A stretch of DNA of 64,000 nucleotides from an uncultured Anaerolinea sp. (lineage in GTDB: Bacteria; Chloroflexota; Anaerolineae; Anaerolineales; Villigracilaceae). Every line of letters begins with the position of its first letter. Positions within the stretch are counted from its first letter, which is position 1. A program made the position numbers and the translations under genes. The stretch lies in assembly GCA_964543585.1 (NCBI GenBank), contig CAZIYY010000001.1, positions 245 to 64,244 on the forward strand, in the 5' to 3' direction. Below are positions 28,831 to 36,509 of this stretch, one piece after another. The notes under the pieces are model-generated. The model ran no database searches. It was not told the origin of the DNA and saw only the letters and a list, made by a program, of their open reading frames with translations.

Positions 28831-28996
28831 GACATTACTTTCGAGCACTTTCTAGAATGGCTCCAGATATACTAGATGTTGTAATTACAACCGCCGCGAG
28901 TCCTGCTTTAGGCATCACGATGATAATTAAGAAAGTAGCTGAAAAAGCAAAAGCTGACGCTCAGGATTGAAATGTAAGACACAAGGGCAGGTTGGT

Positions 28997-31873
28997 ATGG
29001 CAGAAAACGCAATTGTCAAAATATTGACGGCACTGCTCAAACACCAGGTAAAGAAAGTTGTCGGGGACGAAACACTTGGCATCATCGGGCAGGAAATCGC
29101 CGCGCTGGGCGGCGATAAAGTTGACGACCAGATCAAGTCATGGCTTGGCGATCAAACCAACGCGGACCAACTCGAAAAAGCCGCGCAATCTGCTCAAACG
29201 TGCTTTCGCGAAAAAGTGGCGGACAACGAAATTCAACAATGGATGGTTTCGCTCCCGCTTGGCAATTTACCAAAAGTAGTTGAGACACTCGAAGAACTAC
29301 CAACATCCCCTGACGAATCAAAACTTGAAAACGCCCTACGCGAATCAATTGCACTGAATTGGAAGAGACTTTCTCCTGAACAAGTGGACAACGCCGTCAA
29401 TTCGTTTTTGACTTGTTTGAGAAGCGCATTGCTTCCTATTGAAAAACAAACCTTGATGGTCATCGGTCGTTCTGTCTTGCGGACAGAAGACAAAGTGAAT
29501 TTGCTCATCCACTGGTTCGAGCAATACATCATCACGGGCAAGCCTGCCGAAGTCAAACAACTGAATCCTGAACCTGTTGAAACCTGGAATCTCAAACATC
29601 CCTACCCCATGCCGCCGAATTTTACGGGTCGCGTAGAAGAACGCAAAATGCTCGAGGACTGGCTGAACAAAGACAATGAAAATCATTTATTCATCCTTCG
29701 GGCATTGGGTGGATTTGGAAAATCCGCTTTGTCATGGCATTGGCTGACCCACGATGTTGACTCGAAACAATGGACAAAAGTACTCTGGTGGTCTTTCTAC
29801 GAAGGCGACGCCAGCTTCGAGCGCTTCATCGAAGAAACTCTCAAGTATCTTAAACTCGAAGTCCCACAAGGACAGCGCCCACAAGTGGACGAATTGCTCA
29901 AAGCCATGCAAGGACAAAAAATCCTGCTCATCATGGATGGCTTCGAGCGTGCCCTGCGCGCCTACAGTAGTATGAACGCCGCGTATCAAGGGGATGAAGA
30001 ACCAAAACTTGAAGATAACCAACTTGACTGTGTCAATATCAACGCCGAAATATTTTTGAAAAGTGTTTGTGTTCTGCCAGGAATCAAGGGCAAGGTACTG
30101 ATGACCACACGATTAACCCCGCGCGCCGTATACGTAGGGGCGAGTCATGACTCGCCCCTACAAGGTTGCCATGAAGAAGAACTGACCGCCATGCAAAAAG
30201 CGGATGCGGTCGAGTTCTTCCACAAACAAAAAATCAAAGGCATACGCGCCGAAATTGAGTCTGCCTGCGCGCCGTATGGCTATCACCCTCTGAGTCTGCG
30301 CTTGCTGGCTGGACGTATCTTGAAGGACTTTGAAAACCCAGCCGACATCGTCGTTGCTCAAAAACTCAAAATTGATGGCGACATCATCCAACAGAAACAT
30401 CATGTCCTTGAAGTTTCCTACAACAGCCTGCCGCCTCATGAACAGAAGTTACTCAGCACGATTGCCTGTTTCCGTTCGCCTGTTGAACTCAAGACGCTTG
30501 AATCAATCGCAGAAAACGTAGGGGCGGAGCATGCTCCGCCCCTACTACAAGATAACCTCCGCGATTTGATTGAACGCGGCTTGCTTCATTTCGATGAGAA
30601 GAACAAGAAATTCGATCTCCACCCGATTGTAAGGCGTTATGCCTATGAGCGCCTGACAGCACCCGACCGCACTGCTGCGCACACCCGCCTGCGCGACTAC
30701 TTCGCCGCGGTAGCAACACCCGCCAAACCTCAGACCCTCGATGACCTCGCGCCCGTCATCGAACTGTACCATCACACTATACAAGCTGGTGAATTTGACG
30801 AAGCCTATAAACTCTATAAATATCGTCTCAACACATCCTTATATTTTCAATTTGGTGCCTACCAATATATCATTGAAGTTTTGCGAGCCTTGTTTCCCAA
30901 TGGTGAAGAAAGACCTCCGCGTCTGAAAGACAGAGGAGATCAAGTATGGACATTGAATGAACTTGGTGCCAATTATGGTGTGATTGGGCAACCTTATCGG
31001 TCCAATTCACTGCGCCAACAACTGATTTCATACTTTGAGGGAGTCCTTGGAGGGCAAAACGACTTCATTACACTACTTGGTAACCTTGCTGGGCAACAAA
31101 TTGTCGTTGGTGCATTACGCCCTGCTGATTCAAACCTTCAGCGCGCTCTTGCGATATGCAAAGAAATAGAAAGCAATGGGGCAAACGGTCATCATTTTTT
31201 AGGGCAAACATTAACCATTCGAGGATTATGGAAAAAGGCAGAGAAGGAGTTATCCCTTGCGTACGATTTGTTTAAAGAGGAAGAACATGAACATGCTCAA
31301 GCAGCTGTCTGTATTGATAAGGCCTTCTGTTATCTTTTGATGTTGCGCAAAAGTCAAAACTCCAACAAGCTAAAAATCAAAATAATCAAGAACTTAGAAA
31401 ATGCAGTAGGGCTTTTGGAAGAATGGGCCAGAAAAGCATATCCTGTCCCAAGAGAATTTATGTATGCAGATTGGATAAGGGGTGCCGTCTATCGTCTTGA
31501 TGGACAACTCAATTTTGCTGAGAGCCGCGTGATCAAAGCACTAAGCTCCTGTCGCGAAATCTCCGCGTTGTCTGACGAAGCCAACATCCTCCTCGACCTC
31601 GCCCGCCTGCGCTACGACCAAACGAATTATGAAGAAGCCAAATCTCTCGCCGAAGAAGCACTCACCATCACCGAGCGTTGCGGCTACGTCCTGCAAGGCG
31701 CGGATGTGAATTTGTTCCTCGCCCAATACGCACTGGAGCAGGAGCAGGATAAAGTCAAAGCAAAGGAATATGCGGAGGAAGCCAAGAAACTCGCCACGTG
31801 CGACGGTCCGCCGTATTATTACAAGGTGGCGTATGAGGAGGCCGTTGAAATGTTGGAACGTTTGAAGGTTTGA
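28997..31873 (+). CDS. STAND NTPase of the NB-ARC type with C-terminal TPR array and an unassigned ~215-aa N-terminal helical domain
   Basis: FTGRVEE...L, Walker A GGFGKSAL, Walker B ILLIMDGFE, KVLMTTR, GYHPLSLRLLAG, and a winged-helix-like YNSLPPHEQKLLSTIACF. TPR-like repeats follow to the C-terminus. Confidence 0.85.
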   Translation: MAENAIVKILTALLKHQVKKVVGDETLGIIGQEIAALGGDKVDDQIKSWLGDQTNADQLEKAAQSAQTCFREKVADNEIQQWMVSLPLGNLPKVVETLEELPTSPDESKLENALRESIALNWKRLSPEQVDNAVNSFLTCLRSALLPIEKQTLMVIGRSVLRTEDKVNLLIHWFEQYIITGKPAEVKQLNPEPVETWNLKHPYPMPPNFTGRVEERKMLEDWLNKDNENHLFILRALGGFGKSALSWHWLTHDVDSKQWTKVLWWSFYEGDASFERFIEETLKYLKLEVPQGQRPQVDELLKAMQGQKILLIMDGFERALRAYSSMNAAYQGDEEPKLEDNQLDCVNINAEIFLKSVCVLPGIKGKVLMTTRLTPRAVYVGASHDSPLQGCHEEELTAMQKADAVEFFHKQKIKGIRAEIESACAPYGYHPLSLRLLAGRILKDFENPADIVVAQKLKIDGDIIQQKHHVLEVSYNSLPPHEQKLLSTIACFRSPVELKTLESIAENVGAEHAPPLLQDNLRDLIERGLLHFDEKNKKFDLHPIVRRYAYERLTAPDRTAAHTRLRDYFAAVATPAKPQTLDDLAPVIELYHHTIQAGEFDEAYKLYKYRLNTSLYFQFGAYQYIIEVLRALFPNGEERPPRLKDRGDQVWTLNELGANYGVIGQPYRSNSLRQQLISYFEGVLGGQNDFITLLGNLAGQQIVVGALRPADSNLQRALAICKEIESNGANGHHFLGQTLTIRGLWKKAEKELSLAYDLFKEEEHEHAQAAVCIDKAFCYLLMLRKSQNSNKLKIKIIKNLENAVGLLEEWARKAYPVPREFMYADWIRGAVYRLDGQLNFAESRVIKALSSCREISALSDEANILLDLARLRYDQTNYEEAKSLAEEALTITERCGYVLQGADVNLFLAQYALEQEQDKVKAKEYAEEAKKLATCDGPPYYYKVAYEEAVEMLERLKV
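30134..30161. repeat. Perfect 28-nt palindrome (REP-D type) in frame inside the STAND CDS
   Basis: GTAGGGGCGAGTCA|TGACTCGCCCCTAC, encoding VGASHDSPL. Confidence 0.9.
30518..30545. repeat. Perfect 28-nt palindrome (REP-D type) in frame inside the STAND CDS
   Basis: GTAGGGGCGGAGCA|TGCTCCGCCCCTAC, encoding VGAEHAPPL. Confidence 0.9.
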
Positions 31874-31890
31874 ACGTTTAGAGTGAAATC

Positions 31891-32067
31891 GTTGGTCGAG
31901 TAGCCCGAACGACAGTGAGGGCGTATCGAGACCAACAGGCACATACAGACAATTGATTACATGAAATCGAGTAGTGTGGTTTCGATACGACGGCGGAAGA
32001 ACACCGCCGTCTACTCAACCACCGTCTGAAACAATATTTATCTCGGTGCCCTCGTGTCTCCGTGGTT
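31891..32067. repeat. Repeat cluster: two REP-A units in opposite orientation plus a REP-C half-site
   Basis: 31891-31936 is GTTGGTCGAGTAGCCC...GGGCGTATCGAGACCAAC. 31976-32022 is GTGGTTTCGATACGACGGCGGAAGAACACCGCCGTCTACTCAACCAC. 32041-32067 is TCTCGGTG..GTGTCTCCGTGG. Confidence 0.8.
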
Positions 32068-32090
32068 AATTTCTGTGCTAGACTCTGCAC

Positions 32091-33713
32091 ATGGAAATCC
32101 TCACATCCTCCATCGACTCAACCTCCCCCGAATTCAAAACCAACTCCTCCCACCACCGCGCCCTCGCGTATGAACTCAAGGATCGCCTCGCGCGCGTCCG
32201 CGAAGGCGGCGGCGAAAAGTATCGCAAGCGACAGGAAGAACAGGGCAAACTGTTCGTCCGCGAACGCATCCAACGTCTGCTCGACCCGGGTTCGCCGTTC
32301 CTCGAACTATCCCCTCTCGCGGCGTATGATCTTTATGATGATGAAACTCCATCATCGGGCATTGTCACCGGCATCGGACGCGTCTCGGATCGCGAAGTGC
32401 TCATCGTCGCCAACGACGCCACCGTCAAAGGCGGATCGTATTTCCCGATGACGGTTAAGAAACATCTGCGCGCCCAGCAGATCGCCGAAGAGAATCATCT
32501 GCCCTGCCTGTATCTCGTCGATTCGGGCGGGGCGTTTTTGCCCCTGCAGGACGAAGTCTTTCCCGACGTCAATCATTTCGGTCGCATCTTCTACAATCAG
32601 GCGCGCATGTCTGCCAAAAAAATTCCGCAGATCGCGGCGGTGATGGGCAGTTGCACGGCGGGCGGCGCGTACGTCCCTGCGATGAGCGACGAAGCGGTCA
32701 TCGTCAAAGGCACGGGCACGATCTTCCTCGGCGGACCACCGCTCGTCAAAGCCGCGACGGGTGAAGATGTCACTGCAGAGGATCTCGGCGGTGCGGATGT
32801 CCACACACGACTCTCTGGTGTCGCCGATCATTTTGCGGAGGACGACGACCACGCCATTCAACTCTTACGGGACATCGTTGAAACTTTACAACCTGCCAAC
32901 TTTCAAACGGTTCTATCGAAGCTGGAAGTTGCTCCGCCCGAAGAACCTTTATTCCCCGCTGACGATTTATACGGCATCCTCCCGACAACTTTCCGCGCGA
33001 CCTATGATGTTCACGAGATCATCGCGCGATTAGTGGACGGCAGCAAGTTCCGCGAGTTCAAAGCGCGCTACGGCACGACGTTGGTAACGGGGTTCGCGCG
33101 CATTCACGGATACCCTGTCGGCATCATCGCCAACAACGGAGTCCTGTTCAGCGAGTCCGCGCTCAAAGCGACTCACTTCATCGAATTGTGTAACCAGCGC
33201 GGCATTCCACTCATCTTCCTGCAAAACATCACCGGCTTCATGGTGGGGCGTGAAGCGGAAACAGGCGGCATCGCCAAGGATGGCGCGAAGATGGTCCATG
33301 CCGTGGCAACGACCCGCGTCCCCAAACTGACCGTGGTCATCGGCGGCTCATTCGGCGCAGGCAACTACGCCATGTCCGGTCGCGCCTACGGCTCGCGCTT
33401 CCTCTGGATGTGGCCCAACGCCCGCATCTCCGTCATGGGCGGAGAACAAGCCGCGAATGTGCTCTTAACTATCAAACAGGATCAACTTCAAAGAGAAAAG
33501 AAACAGCTTCTCACGAAGGAAGAAGCGGACGAGTTTAAACGTCCCATTTTGGAGAAATACGAAAACGAAGGCAACCCCTATCATTCCACTGCTCGTCTCT
33601 GGGATGATGGAGTGATCGATCCAGTAGATACAAGACAAGTTCTCGGTCTTGCATTATCGGTTGTTTTGAATTCGCCTGTGGAAGAAAATAATTTCGGTGT
33701 GTTTAGGATGTGA
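32091..33713 (+). CDS. Acyl-CoA carboxylase carboxyltransferase (beta) subunit, methylcrotonyl-CoA carboxylase-like
   Basis: 540 aa. The N-terminal [34 protein letters not shown] and the tandem carboxyltransferase halves are typical of MccB/PccB-type proteins. Confidence 0.85.
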   Translation: MEILTSSIDSTSPEFKTNSSHHRALAYELKDRLARVREGGGEKYRKRQEEQGKLFVRERIQRLLDPGSPFLELSPLAAYDLYDDETPSSGIVTGIGRVSDREVLIVANDATVKGGSYFPMTVKKHLRAQQIAEENHLPCLYLVDSGGAFLPLQDEVFPDVNHFGRIFYNQARMSAKKIPQIAAVMGSCTAGGAYVPAMSDEAVIVKGTGTIFLGGPPLVKAATGEDVTAEDLGGADVHTRLSGVADHFAEDDDHAIQLLRDIVETLQPANFQTVLSKLEVAPPEEPLFPADDLYGILPTTFRATYDVHEIIARLVDGSKFREFKARYGTTLVTGFARIHGYPVGIIANNGVLFSESALKATHFIELCNQRGIPLIFLQNITGFMVGREAETGGIAKDGAKMVHAVATTRVPKLTVVIGGSFGAGNYAMSGRAYGSRFLWMWPNARISVMGGEQAANVLLTIKQDQLQREKKQLLTKEEADEFKRPILEKYENEGNPYHSTARLWDDGVIDPVDTRQVLGLALSVVLNSPVEENNFGVFRM

Positions 33714-34000
33714 TGATTATGTTGCCAGAAGAACACAGTCGAATTCCACTTGAATGTCAGCAAGCTCGCACCCAGGAAATCGCTGAGATATGCGACAATG
33801 AATATTATATAAGCGCCTCGCCTCCCAATATGGACAGAGAACGCGCCGCCAGAGGACGAGACCGGATCGTGCAGGGTATAACAGAGCTCCAAAAACTTTT
33901 GTCATCTGTAAAATGCGCCCCCTGTCAGTATGAAATCAGAAAGCAGATTACGCTTCAATCCAAAGGCTTGAATGAAATCGAGCTTACATGGGATTTATGA
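33710..34000 (+). CDS. Hypothetical protein (96 aa)
   Basis: The ORF start overlaps the upstream stop. No recognisable motif, and coding status is uncertain. Confidence 0.3.
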   Translation: MMIMLPEEHSRIPLECQQARTQEIAEICDNEYYISASPPNMDRERAARGRDRIVQGITELQKLLSSVKCAPCQYEIRKQITLQSKGLNEIELTWDL

Positions 34001-34044
34001 AATGCAAGAAAATAAATTTGGCGCGTTTAGAATGTAATAACAAG

Positions 34045-34249
34045 TGTCACACCTGCACTTGCGCCAGGTGCAAGTGTTGCGAGCGAAGGTCGCTGGTCGA
34101 GTAGCCCTGAGCGTTCTTTGCGAAGGGCGTATCGAAACCAAGGCGGCGTGGCAATCCCTCTTATCATGTCTCTCTGAGGGAGCGTTCGCCGCGACCGAAG
34201 AGTCTCTTCCACTCGAAAGTAGAGACCCTTCGCTATCGCTCAGGGTGAC
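34045..34249. repeat. Repeat cluster: short alternative hairpin + REP-A unit + REP-B unit
   Basis: 34050-34078 is CACCTGCACTTGCGCCAGGTGCAAGTG. 34093-34140 is a REP-A unit. 34168-34249 is a REP-B unit nearly identical in its core to 5202-5281. Confidence 0.8.
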
Positions 34250-34350
34250 ATATTGAAGAAAAATCAATTTTGGAGATAAACATGGCTTTCGAAAAAGCAT
34301 CAGGTAGTATGCATCACTTCCTCGCGGGCGACCAAACAGGCATATGCAAG

Positions 34351-35304
34351 TTACGGCGCTTCCGATAGTCCTCTTCTAAGGACGTCCAGCGTTTGCAGAG
34401 CAGTGAGATTGCGCCAGGGCCAGGCGCTTTTCATCCGGACGGGGTCATCGAAGAAATTGCGCGCAAAGGTCAGGTGGAAACCGTCGGCGCTGAGTCCGTG
34501 ATCAGACAAAGGTTGGACAGCCGCCCAGAAATTCCATAACGGAATATCGTATTCATAGGCAATCTGCCCAATCGTCGCGTTGATGCTGTAATCGCCTTCA
34601 AGATTATCGGCTTTGGTCGCGATGATCGGCACTGCGCCGGTCTCGATGATGCGGTCCAGCACACGGCGCATGTATTTGTCGTATTCTTCGGCAGGTTTTT
34701 CAGACCACCACGTCTCCATGCTGACAAATACAACAGAAGGATTCCAGACGCGCAACTCGCAATCGAGCGGCGATTCATTTGGGTTGCACGATTTTGGATT
34801 TGAACGCAAAGGTGAGATCACGGCCGCAGCATTGAAGCCGCCCTTCACCGCGAGACTGACGCGCGAGAACGAGCCCTGGTAGTAATCAATCGTCGATTGA
34901 AGATAAGCATATTCACCAAGACTGAAATCGCCAGGCTTATCGAATGTGGAAAGAAAATAAGACGAGACGTTCTGGCAATCGCCAATAATGGAGAAGTGCG
35001 TTGGGTCGTTGCCCAATGCGAGTCCCCGCTCATAAAGTTCGCGCATGGAGTCGCTTACATCTGCTGGCACGGCGGGCATTTGCATCCACGCGTCTTTTGC
35101 GAGAGGCGGCTTGGGCGTTCGCGAAGGAGTGGGAGCAGGAACGGTCGCAGTGGAGACAACTGTTTGGGATTCAGGATCAGTGGTCAGCGCAGCCCGACGC
35201 GAGTCTTCAGTCTGAATAGATGCAGTCGGCATGGTCCCCTGTCGTGTCGAGCAGGCGGAGAGCACAGTCGTTATCAAAAAGAGAAAAAAGATTTTGTGTT
35301 TCAT
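34351..35304 (-). CDS. Secreted lipoprotein, SGNH-like family with GDC motif and DGFH motif
   Basis: ATG at 35304 (MKHKIFFLFLITTVLSACS lipobox); the longer ORF-track start overlaps the upstream gene. Motifs FSIIGDCQN, ATKADN and ADGFHLT are present. It is a paralogue of 25644..26570. Confidence 0.6.
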   Translation of the reverse strand: MKHKIFFLFLITTVLSACSTRQGTMPTASIQTEDSRRAALTTDPESQTVVSTATVPAPTPSRTPKPPLAKDAWMQMPAVPADVSDSMRELYERGLALGNDPTHFSIIGDCQNVSSYFLSTFDKPGDFSLGEYAYLQSTIDYYQGSFSRVSLAVKGGFNAAAVISPLRSNPKSCNPNESPLDCELRVWNPSVVFVSMETWWSEKPAEEYDKYMRRVLDRIIETGAVPIIATKADNLEGDYSINATIGQIAYEYDIPLWNFWAAVQPLSDHGLSADGFHLTFARNFFDDPVRMKSAWPWRNLTALQTLDVLRRGLSEAP

Positions 35305-35308
35305 GGTC

Positions 35309-36427
35309 CTATTTATTGTCACAGATGGATTGGATTGCCTGGGCAATTTTATCAGCGAGCAGGGCTTCGCCCGCAGGCGTAAGATGGACGCCACTGTTCG
35401 TAAATTCCTCAATCGGGGCAATGTCCCACAGGTCGAGATAATTCCAGTTGCGCGCCGCCGCGCGTTCAGCCAGCATTTGGCGATACTTGTCATAAGCCCA
35501 GCGCGGATAGAAAAAATTATAGCGGATGTCGCTGTTGAGTCCGTTGCTGATGAGGATCGGTTCGTTGACGAGGATTGTCGGCGCGGGCGCGGCGGACATG
35601 CCCGCATCGAGTATATCGAATGCAAGCGCGTTTCGCAGTGAAGTCAGTTTATGAAATTCATCGCTGGCTTCGAGATCGATCTGCGCGCGCTCATAGGTTT
35701 CAGGATAGAACTGATCAATGCCAGTGGACGCCCACAGCGCGCCGTAGATTTGCAGGCGCAGGATATCTGCAACTTCCCGCCTCCGACCCACGAAGGTCTG
35801 GTTCCATTTCGACAGGTTGACCAACTCTGGATCATTTGGGTTTGCAAGTAATTGGTAATTGGTAATTAGTTCCCGGACGCGTGCGGCGTTATTCGCGACA
35901 AGAGGCGAGCCAAATTGTTTGTCCCTCGGAAGGGATTCAAGTGTTGTGAGCCAGATGACCATATCGGGCTGATATTGCAACGCCTGATCGAGAATCATCA
36001 ATTCCTGCATGAGTGAAATATATGGGTAACCTAAATTGTATGCGCGCACGATTTTTCCACATGCGGGAATCGCCATTGAATTTAATTGACCCGCAAGAGT
36101 TTGTTCGGGCGTGAGCAATATTCCCCATATGGAAGAGTCGCCAATGAGGAAAACGCGATATTCAGCGGGGGTCTTTGGACTTCCGACCAGTACGTGCGAA
36201 GCAAACATGGCGTCCAGATTAAACAGACTCAAGTTATATGCCTGGGGATGTTCACCGAACGGAAGTCTTTCGCGCCCGGGGAAGACACTGTTGTATAAGG
36301 AAAGTTTTCCAAATGGAATGTCTTGTGTGAATATGAACGCAAAGTTGAACAAAGCAAAAAGGATTATCGCTTTGAGTAGAACTCCAAAGAGGCGGATGCG
36401 GGGTTGGTTTTCCATTGTTGTATTCAT
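35309..36427 (-). CDS. SGNH/GDSL-type hydrolase/acyltransferase-like protein with an N-terminal membrane anchor
   Basis: ATG at 36427. After the TM helix come block I VFLIGDSSIWG and a C-terminal GVHLTPAGEALLA (block V-like). The gene lies immediately downstream of the MBOAT gene. Confidence 0.65.
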   Translation of the reverse strand: MNTTMENQPRIRLFGVLLKAIILFALFNFAFIFTQDIPFGKLSLYNSVFPGRERLPFGEHPQAYNLSLFNLDAMFASHVLVGSPKTPAEYRVFLIGDSSIWGILLTPEQTLAGQLNSMAIPACGKIVRAYNLGYPYISLMQELMILDQALQYQPDMVIWLTTLESLPRDKQFGSPLVANNAARVRELITNYQLLANPNDPELVNLSKWNQTFVGRRREVADILRLQIYGALWASTGIDQFYPETYERAQIDLEASDEFHKLTSLRNALAFDILDAGMSAAPAPTILVNEPILISNGLNSDIRYNFFYPRWAYDKYRQMLAERAAARNWNYLDLWDIAPIEEFTNSGVHLTPAGEALLADKIAQAIQSICDNK

Positions 36428-36428
36428 G

Positions 36429-36500
36429 TTACCCTGAGATGCGCAACGCCAAAGAGTCTCGCGCATCATGACAGAGATGCTTCACTCCGTTCAGCATGAC
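36429..36500. repeat. REP-B-like element
   Basis: GTTACCCTGAG...AAAGAGTCTCGCGC...GTTCAGCATGAC. The arms and core are related to 5202-5281 and 34168-34249. Confidence 0.6.
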
Positions 36501-36509
36501 ATAACCTTG

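Noticed and set aside
31891-31936. REP-A units as tRNA-like or tRNA-fragment sequences (GGTTCGA-like ends)
   Set aside because: Only about 45 nt are present, with a single interrupted stem. There is no cloverleaf, no anticodon arm and no conserved T-loop sequence.
35305-35625. N-terminal extension of the lipoprotein ORF (424-aa version of 34351..35625)
   Set aside because: The extension overlaps the 3' end of the upstream SGNH gene and is Arg/Ser-rich. An internal ATG at 35304 gives a canonical lipoprotein signal peptide. The same logic was applied to ORFs 6517, 12437, 18069, 38771..39625 and 39875.
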